Notes: generated by a model not told the origin, from the sequence alone. Counted from the stretch's first letter, positions 26,951 through 37,662 are shown. The stretch: DNA of 64,000 nucleotides from an uncultured delta proteobacterium (GCA_963706575.1 CAVPNL010000012.1:205072-269071), one strand, 5' to 3'. Made by a program: numbers and translations.

Positions 26951-28591
26951 TTAATCGGATCGATAGACAATCCGGCCGTCAAAAATCGTCATTTCCACCC
27001 GGGTATCGGCGATCTGCATCGGATCCACCCCAAAAATATCTCTGTCTAAAACAGCCATGTCGGCCCTTTTTCCGGGCGTCAACGTGCCCATCTCCCGGGA
27101 CTGACCGTAAAATGCAGCGGGCGCCGTCGTGTAACCCCGAACCGCATCTTCCACACTGATCCGTTGTTCGGGATACCACCCCCCCGCCGGAGTGCCGTCG
27201 CGCCTTTGGCGGGTAACGGCGGCATGAATTCCCACCAGCGGGCTCGGATCACAGACCGGCGCATCGGAACTGAGAAGCACTGGAATGCCGGCATCGATCA
27301 TTTCTTTATACGCATAGGTCCAACGGCCACGGGGCCCGACCGATTCTTCAATCATATTGATGTCCAGAATCATGTTGTGCGGCTGGACACAGGCCGCCAC
27401 CTTGAGTTTGGCCAGTCGTTGGATGTCTTCGGATCGAATCATCTGGGTATGCTCAATGCGATGGGGCAGCAGCGGCGGCACGATGGATTGCTCCTTTGTC
27501 TCGTTGCGCAATTTAGCGAGTCTCTCGAAAATGGTAATGACCTCGCGATTGGTCCGATCTCCAATGGCATGGACCATTACGGCCAGTCCTGCCTTTTCCG
27601 CCGCGGCGATGCTGCGGCTCAGTTCAGCCATGGAGCCCAGCGGCATGCCGTATTCGGCATCCAGATAGGGTTCCAGCATCCAGGCAGTGCGCGCGCCCAT
27701 GCCGCCGTCCGCAAAGTATTTGAGGTGGCCAATGCGAAGACATTCATCACCGAGCCCGGTTCGCAGTCCCAATGCGATGGCCTCCTCCAGGCATTCACCG
27801 GCAAGACTCACCCAACACCGTAAATCAAGTTTCCCTTTTTCGTTTAAAAGTTGCCAGGCCTTTAAAGCCGGAGCACCCTCCAGACCGCCCATGAGGCGTA
27901 CATCGTGAAGGCCCGTCAGACCTAAGGTGTGCAAGTATTTGATGCCATCTCGCATTGCAGCCACAAGTTCATCAGCACTTGGCGCCGGGATAACCGCTTT
28001 GACCAGATTGGGAGCCAGTTCCCGCAGAATGCCGGTTGGACGCCCGGATGAATCCTTTTCAATCACACCGTCGGGAGGGTCCGGGGTTGTTTCATCAATA
28101 CCGGCCAGTTCCAGGGCACGCGAGTTAACCGAGACCAGGTGCAAATCACAGCGCCAGAGGGCGACCGGATGGGCCGGAGCCATTGCATCGAGATGATCCC
28201 GGCGGGGCATGGTATGTTCGGGCCAATCGGACTCATTCCAGCCCTGACCCAAAATCCAATTCGCCGGCGGTAACTTTGCGGCAGCCCGCGCAACCTGGTT
28301 GAGTAATTCATCTAAAGATTTGACACGCGCCAGATCGAGTTGCTGTCGCCCCATGGCCCAATCATAGAAATGAAAATGAGAATCCATCATACCCGGAATT
28401 CCCAGACGACCATTGAGGTTGACCCGCTCTGTTTTTGAATCCGCCAGGGCGCTAATTTCGTCATTATCACCGACAGCCATAATCCGGCCGGCTTTGACAG
28501 CCAGGGCCTGGGCCCGGGGTCTTTGAGCGTCCAGTGTTCGTATCTGGCCATTAAATAAAATCAGATCTGGCATAAAGGGGCTGCGGGTCAT
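26951..28591 (-). CDS. Amidohydrolase 3 (YtcJ-like)
   Basis: PGMMDSHFH, K.FADG, HAIGD, RIEH, SSDAP, GKRAD motifs. Confidence 0.9.
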   Translation of the reverse strand: MTRSPFMPDLILFNGQIRTLDAQRPRAQALAVKAGRIMAVGDNDEISALADSKTERVNLNGRLGIPGMMDSHFHFYDWAMGRQQLDLARVKSLDELLNQVARAAAKLPPANWILGQGWNESDWPEHTMPRRDHLDAMAPAHPVALWRCDLHLVSVNSRALELAGIDETTPDPPDGVIEKDSSGRPTGILRELAPNLVKAVIPAPSADELVAAMRDGIKYLHTLGLTGLHDVRLMGGLEGAPALKAWQLLNEKGKLDLRCWVSLAGECLEEAIALGLRTGLGDECLRIGHLKYFADGGMGARTAWMLEPYLDAEYGMPLGSMAELSRSIAAAEKAGLAVMVHAIGDRTNREVITIFERLAKLRNETKEQSIVPPLLPHRIEHTQMIRSEDIQRLAKLKVAACVQPHNMILDINMIEESVGPRGRWTYAYKEMIDAGIPVLLSSDAPVCDPSPLVGIHAAVTRQRRDGTPAGGWYPEQRISVEDAVRGYTTAPAAFYGQSREMGTLTPGKRADMAVLDRDIFGVDPMQIADTRVEMTIFDGRIVYRSD

Positions 28592-29628
28592 AGTAAAAAT
28601 CCTTTCTGAAATGGATCGCGCGCATCAATGATGAATTCGTGTCTGCCGGTGATATGAGCGCTTCCGCGCACTTCTGCAACAACTGCCTTTTTATCCCCCA
28701 GCCGGGTTTCTTCCACGAGCCGGCCCTGAAAGGTGGTTCCGAGCGGACTTGTGTTAATGAAGGTTTTGTTGAGCCCGAGTTGGCCCCGGTGATGGAGCAG
28801 GGTCATTTTGGCCGTGGTACCGGTGCCGCAAGGCGAGCGGTCCATATGTTCTTCGCCCAAAATAACAATGCTTTTTCCTTTGCCCTGAGCGTCCGATGCT
28901 GGATCATAAAATTCCGTTACATCCACCGTGTTGACTTCAGGCCGCGTGGGATGGCGCACGGTCAATTGTTGATTGGCTGCTTGAATGAGGGCCATCCCCA
29001 ATTCGATGAAACGGCGCCCATTGGACGCGGTGAAGTCCAGACCGATCTGATCCGATGAGACCATGACGAAGAACCCACCCACACAGACCGTTGCAACCTG
29101 CAGCCGACCCAACTCAGGAATGGATAGGGTTTCATCGTCGCTGTAAACAAACGAAGGCACCATCTGGATCGCAACCGATTCGACCTTGCCGTTCTGCAGG
29201 TAGGCCGTCGTTTGCATGGGGCCCGAAGGTGTGTCAACCATAACCTGTTGCGCGTCGCCGTCTGCATCGATTACACCCGCCTCGATCAGGGTCATGACCG
29301 CACCCATGGTCGCATGCCCGCAAAGATAAGGATAGCGGCGCGCATCCATATAAATCAGACCAAACCGGGCACCGTCCGATACGGGTTCGGTGACACATGC
29401 GGCAAACATGTCGCGATGACCGCGGGGTTCGCGCGTCAGCAACAGACGGATGTGATCATAGCGTTCCATGAAAAAAGCCCGTTTTTCCTGCATGGTCTCA
29501 CCCGGCACGGGACCCACCCCGCCCACAATCAGGCGCGCCGGTTCCCCGGCGATGTGCGAATCAATCGAAACAATTCGGTCTGGATAGCGCTCAAAGAATT
29601 GGTTTGCGATCCGATCCAGTTTCAGCAT
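28588..29628 (-). CDS. Proline racemase family (Cys/Cys racemase/epimerase)
   Basis: DSH.AGEP.R, EPRGHRDM, LCGH, DRSPCGTGT; RBS GGAGGG before ATG 29628. Confidence 0.9.
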   Translation of the reverse strand: MLKLDRIANQFFERYPDRIVSIDSHIAGEPARLIVGGVGPVPGETMQEKRAFFMERYDHIRLLLTREPRGHRDMFAACVTEPVSDGARFGLIYMDARRYPYLCGHATMGAVMTLIEAGVIDADGDAQQVMVDTPSGPMQTTAYLQNGKVESVAIQMVPSFVYSDDETLSIPELGRLQVATVCVGGFFVMVSSDQIGLDFTASNGRRFIELGMALIQAANQQLTVRHPTRPEVNTVDVTEFYDPASDAQGKGKSIVILGEEHMDRSPCGTGTTAKMTLLHHRGQLGLNKTFINTSPLGTTFQGRLVEETRLGDKKAVVAEVRGSAHITGRHEFIIDARDPFQKGFLL

Positions 29629-29700
29629 ACGCGCCCCTCCTTTTTTTACCCTTGTTGTCTTAGGAAGCGAGTTCACATTCAGGTCGGCCAACAACCGCAG

Positions 29701-29738
29701 AAAAAAAACCTGAAAACGGCAGTGTCTGCTTTCAGGTT
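29701..29738 (-). terminator. Terminator-like hairpin between the ABC ATPase and racemase genes
   Basis: AACCTGAAA...TTTCAGGTT stem with a minus-strand U-tract. Confidence 0.5.
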
Positions 29739-29775
29739 TCAGATCGGAAAGTTTGCCGAAAAACGGTCTGCCGGG

Positions 29776-30876
29776 TCATTCTACGAGAATCAAATGGCAG
29801 TGGTGTGGCGATACCTGCACGCTGACCTCCTCGCCGATGTTGAAGATCTGTGTTCTCATCATACTGATGACATGAATTTCCCGGTCGGCGCTCAGTTCAA
29901 TGAAGTAACTGACCTCTCCGCCCATGTAACTGCGGTCTTTGATGCGGCCCTGAAAGTGGTTCATCCCCTCCACCGGTTTGAATTCATCTTTGGGAAAAAC
30001 ATCGAACCGCTGGGCGCGGACGATGATTTCCACCTGGTCACTTTTCGAGAATCCGCCTTTATTTTTAGCAAAGAGGACATCGCCGGTCTCAATTTTGACG
30101 TTTACCTGCTGGTCGTCGACATCGACGACTTGGCCCAAAATGAAATTAGAGTGGCCCAGAAAATCGGCCACAAAATGGTTGGCCGGCTCATTGTAAACCG
30201 CTTGGGGGTGTCCCTCCTGTTGCTTTTGGCCGTCTTTCATGACGAGGATCTTGTCCGACATGCTCAATGCTTCCCGCTGATCATGGGTGACAAAGATGGT
30301 GGTGACGCCAAGCATCTGCTGCAGGTTGTCTACCTCGCGCCGCATCTCTTCCCTCAAGTTCTCGTCCAGCGCGGAGAGCGGTTCGTCCATCAACAGGACA
30401 TCCGGCTCGATTACGATGGCGCGTGCCATGGCGATGCGCTGCTGCTGGCCGCCGGAAAGCTGGCTCGGCATACGGTTCTCCACGCCGGGCAGGCGAACCA
30501 TCTGCAGTGCCCGTGTCACCTTTTTGTTGATCTCCTCTTTTGACACATCCCTGTACTTCAAACCGAAGGCCACATTTTCAAAGATGGTTTTGTGGGGAAA
30601 CAGGGCGTAGTTCTGAAAAATCATTCCCAGGTTTCGTTTGTGGATCGGTGTGTCGTTGATCCGGATCCCCTTGATGAAAATATCGCCTTCGGTGGGCTCC
30701 TCCAGACCGGCCACCATGCGCAGCAAGGTGGTCTTCCCGCATCCGGAAGGACCCAGCAACGTCACCAGGCTCCCTTCTTCGATGTCAAAATCCATTTTCT
30801 CAACGGCGACAACGCTGCCGAACCGTTTTAAAATGCCTTTGAACTGCACAATGGGCTGCTTCTTGTCGGTCGCCAA
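29776..30876 (-). CDS. PotA-like ABC transporter ATP-binding protein
   Basis: GPSGCGKTT, FQNYALFPH, LSGGQQQR, DEPLSALD; TOBE-like C-terminus. Confidence 0.92.
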   Translation of the reverse strand: MATDKKQPIVQFKGILKRFGSVVAVEKMDFDIEEGSLVTLLGPSGCGKTTLLRMVAGLEEPTEGDIFIKGIRINDTPIHKRNLGMIFQNYALFPHKTIFENVAFGLKYRDVSKEEINKKVTRALQMVRLPGVENRMPSQLSGGQQQRIAMARAIVIEPDVLLMDEPLSALDENLREEMRREVDNLQQMLGVTTIFVTHDQREALSMSDKILVMKDGQKQQEGHPQAVYNEPANHFVADFLGHSNFILGQVVDVDDQQVNVKIETGDVLFAKNKGGFSKSDQVEIIVRAQRFDVFPKDEFKPVEGMNHFQGRIKDRSYMGGEVSYFIELSADREIHVISMMRTQIFNIGEEVSVQVSPHHCHLILVE

Positions 30877-30910
30877 TTTATTCTGTCTCCCTGTTCACGT
30901 TTGCCTAATA

Positions 30911-30951
30911 CCGGGGTCGGACAGCTCCCCTTAAAGAGCGTCCGACCCCGG
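30911..30951. terminator. Strong intercistronic hairpin after the binding-protein gene
   Basis: CCGGGGTCGGAC...GTCCGACCCCGG 12-bp stem. Confidence 0.55.
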
Positions 30952-30994
30952 CGATCAAGTCGCATTTACAAACATTGATCTATCGAAGGTTGAT

Positions 30995-32158
30995 CTAACT
31001 GCCCGCCTTGACTCGATCCCATTTCTCGGCCCATTCCACCTGATTGGCATTCCAGTAGGCCGGATTGGCAAACAGGTACCCTTCCAGTTTGCCGGTGGGA
31101 TCAAAGGCCGGCATCTTCTGGATCTTCTCTGTTAATTTAACCTTGGTCGGATCGAGGCTGGGCGGATAATTCTGCCCTTCGGCCACAGCGATGGCCGCGG
31201 CTGGCTCAAGCATGAAATTGAGCAGCTGCTGGGCAATCTCCATATCAGTGCCTTTCAGGACGAAAAGATATTCCATCCAGGAGTAGGTGCCACTGGGGGA
31301 GAGGTAGCCGATGGGGTGGCCTTCCTGCTGAAGTGCGGCCACCCGTCCGGACCAGGCCACCGTGGCATAGATCTCCCCGTTGGCCAGCAAGCTCATCAAC
31401 TCGGCGCCGGAGCTCCAATATTTCTTCATCAGGCCGCGCTGTTCACTCAATGCGGCCCAGATGGCCTTCAGGTCGGTCATGTTGTTGGGGCTCTGGCCGG
31501 TGTGAAGCGCCGCGTACCACATGTTGGTCCTGTGGTCGCCGCCCCAGCTGCCCAGTTTGCCTTTCAAGTCTTTGTCCCACAGCAGGGAAGCGCCGAGCTT
31601 TTCGGCCTTTTCCTTGCTGATATACTTGGTATTGTAAGCAATACCGGTCTGTCCCAGATCGTAGGGGACGGCCGAGAGGGTTCCCTTGGTGATCTCCCGT
31701 AAGGGTTTGATCATTGACGCCATGACATTTTTTAGGTTGGGAATTTTGGATTCATCCAGTACCGAAGCGTATCCCAAATCCACATAGCGGGCGTAATCGA
31801 AAACGGCGCTGAGATGGGCGATGTTGAACTCCCCGCCCGGTGGGAAAGAGGCTTTGACGCGCGTCAGGTAGGAGTCCATTCCACCGAATTCGCCATCGAT
31901 GACCTTAATGCCCGTGGCTTTGGTAAAAGGCTTAAACGCGTGTTCCCGGAACGCCTCGGAAACCACGCCGCCCCATCCGTCGAAACGGATGGACTTGGCT
32001 GCCCAGGCCTTTTTCACGGCATTTCCAAAGGGCGACCCGACCAGCCCGATGGCGGCGCCGGCAAGGCCAAGGTACTTGAGAAAGTGACGTCGGCTGAGGG
32101 TGCCGTTTTTGTACGCCTCATATAAATTATCCAGTTTTTCTTTCGTTACGTTAGCCAT
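30995..32158 (-). CDS. PotD/PotF-like ABC substrate-binding protein, Tat-exported
   Basis: SRRHFLK twin-arginine signal; WGG...PF.KATGIKV, WSGR motifs. Confidence 0.88.
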   Translation of the reverse strand: MANVTKEKLDNLYEAYKNGTLSRRHFLKYLGLAGAAIGLVGSPFGNAVKKAWAAKSIRFDGWGGVVSEAFREHAFKPFTKATGIKVIDGEFGGMDSYLTRVKASFPPGGEFNIAHLSAVFDYARYVDLGYASVLDESKIPNLKNVMASMIKPLREITKGTLSAVPYDLGQTGIAYNTKYISKEKAEKLGASLLWDKDLKGKLGSWGGDHRTNMWYAALHTGQSPNNMTDLKAIWAALSEQRGLMKKYWSSGAELMSLLANGEIYATVAWSGRVAALQQEGHPIGYLSPSGTYSWMEYLFVLKGTDMEIAQQLLNFMLEPAAAIAVAEGQNYPPSLDPTKVKLTEKIQKMPAFDPTGKLEGYLFANPAYWNANQVEWAEKWDRVKAGS

Positions 32159-32188
32159 TGGTTCTCCTTTCAGCTGAGGGTTGTCAAT

Positions 32189-32986
32189 TTATGTCTTTAC
32201 TTTCGAAAACTTGCGTGACAAGTAACCTGCCAGCAATGGGGTGGTAACGGTCAGTACGATCATGACGGCGCCCAGGGCATTGATTTCCGGGCTGATGGAA
32301 TTTCTCAGCATGCTGAAAATCTTGACCGGAACGGTTTGATTTTGTGCCGTGGCCCAGAAAAGTGTCGCCGTGATATCATCGAACGAAATGGTAAAGGAAA
32401 AAAGGGCGCCAGCCAATATGGCCGGCAACAATAACGGTAAAGTGATCTCTTTAAATGTTTGAAAGGCATTGGCGCCCAGGGATTTTGCCGCCTCTTCGTA
32501 CTCTTTTTTAATGCCCACCAGACGTGCCTGAACGATCAAAAGCACATAGGGCAGGGTCAATACGACATGCCCGATCAGCAGCAGGGCGAAACTCTTGGGC
32601 TGCTGAAGAAACCGTAAAAACAGCAAAAGCGCAACCCCCAAAACCACTTCCGGGATCATGATCGGAGATAGCAGCAGGGTGTTGAGGGTGTTTTTGCCGG
32701 GAAATTCGAAACGGATAAATGCCAGCGCTGCAAGAATGCCGATAGCGGTGGATAGCACCGCGGTCAGCGAGCCCAGGACGAGAGAGTTTTTAAAAGCGCC
32801 AATGATCGCTTCATTTTGAGCCAGTTTGATGAACCACCGGAAGCTGACACCCTCCATGGGGAAGATACCGAATTGCTTGGGGTTGAATGAAAGCACGATG
32901 ACCACGACGATAGGCGCGAACAGGAATACGTAGACGATAACCGTGTAGATTCGGATCAATGACCATCCTATTGAGAATTGTTTCAT
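32189..32986 (-). CDS. PotC-like ABC permease
   Basis: EEAAKSLGA EAA loop, FTISFDD, ISPEINA. Confidence 0.9.
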   Translation of the reverse strand: MKQFSIGWSLIRIYTVIVYVFLFAPIVVVIVLSFNPKQFGIFPMEGVSFRWFIKLAQNEAIIGAFKNSLVLGSLTAVLSTAIGILAALAFIRFEFPGKNTLNTLLLSPIMIPEVVLGVALLLFLRFLQQPKSFALLLIGHVVLTLPYVLLIVQARLVGIKKEYEEAAKSLGANAFQTFKEITLPLLLPAILAGALFSFTISFDDITATLFWATAQNQTVPVKIFSMLRNSISPEINALGAVMIVLTVTTPLLAGYLSRKFSKVKT

Positions 32987-32989
32987 GGT

Positions 32990-33856
32990 CTAATTTCCCT
33001 GAAGGCTTTTGAAAATCTGATTGATTCCCAGGTAGCGGTTGTAGGTCCACACGATCACAAACAACAGGGAGAGCAGGATTACGCTGATGGCCGAGCCGAA
33101 TGGCCAGTCCAGCGTGCCGACGATCCGCTTGAAAATGAGATTGGCAATCATTTCGTTTCCCGGTCCACCCAGTATCATGGGCGGCAGATAGGTCCCGGCA
33201 GTCAGCACGAAAACCAGCAGACAACCGGCGCTGACACCCGGGAGACTGAGCGGCAGCGTCACCTCTCGAAATGCCTGCCATTCAGTACAGCCCATGCAGC
33301 GTGCAGCTTCGAGAAGACTCTTGTCGATGCCTTCCAGGCTGACATAAATATTCAGCACCATAAACGGCAGCAGATACATGATCAATCCCATGAGCACGGT
33401 GAATTCATTATAAAGCATGGATATGGGCGATTGAATCAGTCCGATCTTCAACAGGAAGTGGTTGATCAGTCCCGAATCGCCCATAATGTTGATCCAGCTC
33501 ATGGTACGGATGATGAAGCTGACCCAGAACGGCAGCATGATAAGCAGAAGAAAAGCCTTTTTATAACGGCTTTCGCTGCGGTAGAAAAAATAGGCGGGGA
33601 TATATCCCATGAAAACGCAGAGAATGACGGTCTCAAAGGAGATGCGAATCGTTCGTATGAGAATTTTCGGGTAGAAGAAATCTTCGAAGAATTTGGCGTA
33701 ATTCCCTAATTGGAAGGCGGGGATGTCCGCTCCGCTGGGAGATCTCAACCAAAAGCTGTAAACGACGATGAAGCATACGGGGATAACCAGTAAAAGAAAT
33801 ATGGCGCTAAGCGCCGGGGACAAAAGGCCCCAAGGTTTCCATGATTTTTTTAGCAT
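32990..33856 (-). CDS. PotB-like ABC permease
   Basis: LPFWVSFIIR, LLEAARCMG, DWPFGSA. Confidence 0.9.
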   Translation of the reverse strand: MLKKSWKPWGLLSPALSAIFLLLVIPVCFIVVYSFWLRSPSGADIPAFQLGNYAKFFEDFFYPKILIRTIRISFETVILCVFMGYIPAYFFYRSESRYKKAFLLLIMLPFWVSFIIRTMSWINIMGDSGLINHFLLKIGLIQSPISMLYNEFTVLMGLIMYLLPFMVLNIYVSLEGIDKSLLEAARCMGCTEWQAFREVTLPLSLPGVSAGCLLVFVLTAGTYLPPMILGGPGNEMIANLIFKRIVGTLDWPFGSAISVILLSLLFVIVWTYNRYLGINQIFKSLQGN

Positions 33857-33895
33857 TCTTTCTCACAGGTTTGAAAGAATATAAATTAAAAATAA

Positions 33896-33920
33896 TTTAA
33901 TTAAGAAACACTTAATTGAA
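33896..33920. promoter_or_regulatory. Candidate operator upstream of the ABC operon
   Basis: TTTAATTAAG-N5-CTTAATTGAA near-perfect inverted repeat. Confidence 0.4.
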
Positions 33921-34422
33921 CTGCTGCTCAAAGTCAAGGACGACGATCTATAAAATACCGGTATTTACGTTTGATTCCGGCTGTAGAAGAAGTATCGACG
34001 CTACTTCGCCAAAATTTGTATCTTTAATAGAGTAAAATTATCAAATTATGATTATTTTTTTGTCGCAATCGTCGTCAAGTCAATATTCTAGGGCATTTAT
34101 CCTCATAGACCATTAAAAAAATTGATGATTTCAGAGAATTTGTATGCTTGACGTTTTTGGGAATTTTTTGTAGGAACCTAATCAACAGAACCCGACAAAA
34201 CTGCAAGTGAACCGCCTGATTACTGCCAAAGCTTTTGAGAATGGACTAATCATTTATGCGCTACGGTCAATCAATGGCCCTGCAGGGGACCATGTCCTTA
34301 TTGCTCACCGGTGCAGATATTCGCATACCACAGGGGGATATCCCCGGGTTTTGAGCGCATCAATCTAAAACTACCTGCCAGTCGATCTGAAGCAAATCGG
34401 TTATAGAGTAATTGGGAAAAGT

Positions 34423-35697
34423 ATGAATATGAATGCTCAAGAAACTCACATCATTAAAACTGTCGATGCCATGCAGGACGACATTGTGGATTTGACAAAA
34501 CGCTTGGTAAGCGAGCCCAGCACTTTAGGCAATGAAGCGGCGGTTTTATCCTTAATGGAAGGAAGCCTTGCACAACTCGGTTTGCAGCCGAAGAGAATAC
34601 CGATCGATGTGCAGAGATTAACTTCTTCTGGGGGATTTGCACCCGTTCCATGGGAATATGAAAACCGTTACAACCTTGTAGCCACTGAACCCGCAGCAGG
34701 CAAAGGTGGTCGCAGCGTGTTGTTTAACGGTCACCTGGATGTCGTCAGCCCTGAACCTGAAGATTTGTGGCAACATGATCCCTTCAAACCGTTTATTCGG
34801 GATGGCTGGTTGTACGGGCGTGGGGCGGGAGACATGAAATCCGGGGTGGCAGCCATGGTGTACGCCCTGCACGCTTTAAAAAAGGCAGGGTTCGGGCTTA
34901 AGGCACCAGTAACCATAGAGTCCGTTATCGAGGAGGAATGCAGCGGAAACGGTTCATTGGCATGTATTTTGGCAGGACATGATGCCGATGCCGTACTGAT
35001 TCCTGAGCCATTTGGCCCCACTATCCTCACCCACCAGGTCGGGGTGGTGTGGTTCAAAATCGTTGTAAAAGGGGTCTCAAGTCATGTGCTGGCAGCTCCA
35101 ACGGGAACCAATGCCATTGAAAAAATTTATCCTTTGATTTCAGGATTACGTCAGCTTGAATCGGAATTGAATAATTCCAAAATCCCTGAACCATACGATA
35201 AAATTGATCATCCAATAAATTTGAACATTGGAGTCATAAAGGGTGGCGATTGGCCGTCGACTGTTCCAGCGGAGGCTGAGTTTCACGCACGGTTGTCCTA
35301 TTTTCCTGGTATCAGCTTCCAGGAAATCAACCAACAAATTGTTCAGGCTGTGGAACGCGTCTCTAAGGCTGATCCATGGTTATCCGAAAATCCACCGAAA
35401 ATCGAGTTCTATGGCTTTCGCTCCGATGGTCACAGTATTTCTAAGGATCTGACAGCATTACGAACCTTAAACGATAGTCACCGGGCTTTAACCGGGCATG
35501 AGGCTGCAGAATATATTGCCACCTGTACAACCGATCTGAGAGCGTTTATTCATTTTGGTCGAGGACAAGCAACCTGTTACGGTCCCATCGCTGAAAACAT
35601 CCATGCTGCAAACGAACGCGTAAATATAGACAGTGTAATGCTTGTTGCACGATCATACGCGCTTTTTTTAGCACGCTGGTGCGGGTTGGTAGAATAA
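34423..35697 (+). CDS. M20 ArgE/DapE-family deacylase (YodQ-like)
   Basis: FNGHLDVV, GRGAGDMKSG, SVIEEECSG, IHAANERV. Confidence 0.9.
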   Translation: MNMNAQETHIIKTVDAMQDDIVDLTKRLVSEPSTLGNEAAVLSLMEGSLAQLGLQPKRIPIDVQRLTSSGGFAPVPWEYENRYNLVATEPAAGKGGRSVLFNGHLDVVSPEPEDLWQHDPFKPFIRDGWLYGRGAGDMKSGVAAMVYALHALKKAGFGLKAPVTIESVIEEECSGNGSLACILAGHDADAVLIPEPFGPTILTHQVGVVWFKIVVKGVSSHVLAAPTGTNAIEKIYPLISGLRQLESELNNSKIPEPYDKIDHPINLNIGVIKGGDWPSTVPAEAEFHARLSYFPGISFQEINQQIVQAVERVSKADPWLSENPPKIEFYGFRSDGHSISKDLTALRTLNDSHRALTGHEAAEYIATCTTDLRAFIHFGRGQATCYGPIAENIHAANERVNIDSVMLVARSYALFLARWCGLVE

Positions 35698-35969
35698 ACC
35701 TGATAATTGAATTCTATCTATCGAAAATTTTGCCGACGTGCTAAGGCCCAATTCCAGTGATGAGTATAGAAATCAAGGCAAAAAGCTAAAAACTGGCACT
35801 AATAGTATTGTGGCGATGGTTATTTTTCCATGTGCCAGTGAAATATACACCTCGTTTGATTGATCTGCAAGTTTCCAACTAACTAGCCATACTGAAGGTC
35901 TTCCGTAAAAAAATAGTGACAACCTGCCACCTGTGCCGAGGAGAGAATTAGCGCACTCCACCAGGCACC

Positions 35970-36959
35970 TTATCTATGGTGAGATGAAAAGAAAATCACC
36001 AGGCTTTCCACCACCTCGGCCATAAATTCAAAATCCAGCTTGTCCATGGTGTCGGCCGCAGTGTGATAATAGGGGTTGCGGAAAAAGGCCGAATCGGTCA
36101 CCATGACGGCTTTAAAGCCCTGATCCCAGAATGAGGCGTGGTCACTGAGCCTGACCGCCGGCATTACCCAGCCGTTCAAGGGAACGGTCAGTTTGACCAC
36201 CGGAAGCTGCCGGTTCTTTTGAAACTGCTCAACCAATCCTCGCGCAAACCCACGGCTTTTAAAATTATTGACGATGCCGATAAAGTCGCCCTTTTGGGGG
36301 TAGTCCAGGAACATCAACGGGAAGGGGTATTTCTGGCAGCCCGGCTCATGGCAGGCATAGCCGACCATTTCCAGGCAGATCATGCCGTCAATTTTTTCTT
36401 TTTGGCGACGCGCCATTTTGGCGTACACCCGACTGCCCATATGCGGGGTTCCATAGGCCGGCGGCTCTTCCAGCGCAAAAAAAACAAATTTCACCGCCAG
36501 ATCGAGCGTATTGGTACCCGCCTGCTCGGCCAAATGCCGAGCCACCTCGAGCTGCACGGCAACGGCGCTGGCATTATCATCGGCGCCGACAGTTCCGCTG
36601 ACCGAATCATAGTGGGCTCCGATCAGAAAGCGGTGCTTCGGGTCGGCGCGGAATGATATTTCAGCAGCGATATTATCAAGCGATTGTTCGGCGTATGAAT
36701 ACTTTTGGCGATCAACGGCGACATCAAGATCCTCGAGAAAGGCGGTGATATATGCGGCCGTTTTCTCAAGGTTTTGCGGAAGGCGGACGCTGCGCTCGCC
36801 GATGGTCACGGTCAACGCATGCAGATGGTCCCGCAGGCGCTGCTGGGTTTGCCGGATGTCAATCATTGCCCCCTCTCTGCTAGCGGCATAAAGCACCCCG
36901 CTTGTAATCCATCCAAGGATAACGCCAAGAAGGCAAACTATGGTTGAAAATTTAATCAA
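35970..36959 (-). CDS. M28-family metallopeptidase
   Basis: GAHYD, GADDNASA, LEEPP, SDH.SFW, YHT..D; start uncertain. Confidence 0.85.
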   Translation of the reverse strand: MIKFSTIVCLLGVILGWITSGVLYAASREGAMIDIRQTQQRLRDHLHALTVTIGERSVRLPQNLEKTAAYITAFLEDLDVAVDRQKYSYAEQSLDNIAAEISFRADPKHRFLIGAHYDSVSGTVGADDNASAVAVQLEVARHLAEQAGTNTLDLAVKFVFFALEEPPAYGTPHMGSRVYAKMARRQKEKIDGMICLEMVGYACHEPGCQKYPFPLMFLDYPQKGDFIGIVNNFKSRGFARGLVEQFQKNRQLPVVKLTVPLNGWVMPAVRLSDHASFWDQGFKAVMVTDSAFFRNPYYHTAADTMDKLDFEFMAEVVESLVIFFSSHHR

Positions 36960-36969
36960 CTTCCCTATG

Positions 36970-37662
36970 ATGGCAGTCGTGGAAAAATTGATCGAAAAAC
37001 CGATTCACTCCTGGGATTTGGAAATTCCGGAAGCAGCGGCCCTTCAAACCAGGCTTTGCCGACGCGTGGTGCGACAAACGCTCATAAATTTTGAGGATAT
37101 CGACACCGTTGCCGGCGTAGACATCGGGTACCGCGACGACACCGCCCGTGCAGCTGTTGTGGTGATGAGCCTGACAGACTTGAAGATCCTGGAAGAGGCG
37201 GTGGCGACCAGACCGGTTCAATTTCCCTATGTTCCCGGTTTGCTTTCGTTTCGCGAGGGGCCGGTGATCATGGAAGCACTGGGCAAATTAAAAACAGCGC
37301 CTGACCTTTTAATGATCGATGGCCAGGGGATCGCTCACCCCCGCCGTTTCGGTGTTGCCAGCCATATCGGCATGCTGCTGGATATGCCGACCATCGGCTG
37401 CGCCAAAACCAGACTGGTGGGCGCTTATGAACCGCCGCAACGCTCCGCCGGAAGCACGTCATTTCTGACAGACGCAGAAGAAACCATCGGGGCGGTGGTG
37501 CGCACCCGCACAGGTGTAAAACCCGTATTCGTCTCAATCGGGCACCTCATGAATTTAAACGACAGCATCCGGGTGGTTTTAAAATCCTGCCGCGGCTATC
37601 GCCTGCCCGAACCCCTGCGCAGAGCCGATCACCTGTCGCGAAAAAACTTGTCTTCCGTCTAA
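36970..37662 (+). CDS. nfi: Endonuclease V (deoxyinosine 3' endonuclease)
   Basis: AGVD, FPYVPGLLSFRE, DGQGIAHPRRFG, KPVFVSIGH, YRLPEPLR.AD. Confidence 0.95.
   Translation: MAVVEKLIEKPIHSWDLEIPEAAALQTRLCRRVVRQTLINFEDIDTVAGVDIGYRDDTARAAVVVMSLTDLKILEEAVATRPVQFPYVPGLLSFREGPVIMEALGKLKTAPDLLMIDGQGIAHPRRFGVASHIGMLLDMPTIGCAKTRLVGAYEPPQRSAGSTSFLTDAEETIGAVVRTRTGVKPVFVSIGHLMNLNDSIRVVLKSCRGYRLPEPLRRADHLSRKNLSSV

Noticed and set aside
29212..30543. 443-aa plus-strand ORF
   Set aside because: Antisense shadow of the ABC ATPase and racemase genes.
32978..33709. 243-aa plus-strand ORF
   Set aside because: Antisense shadow of the permease gene.
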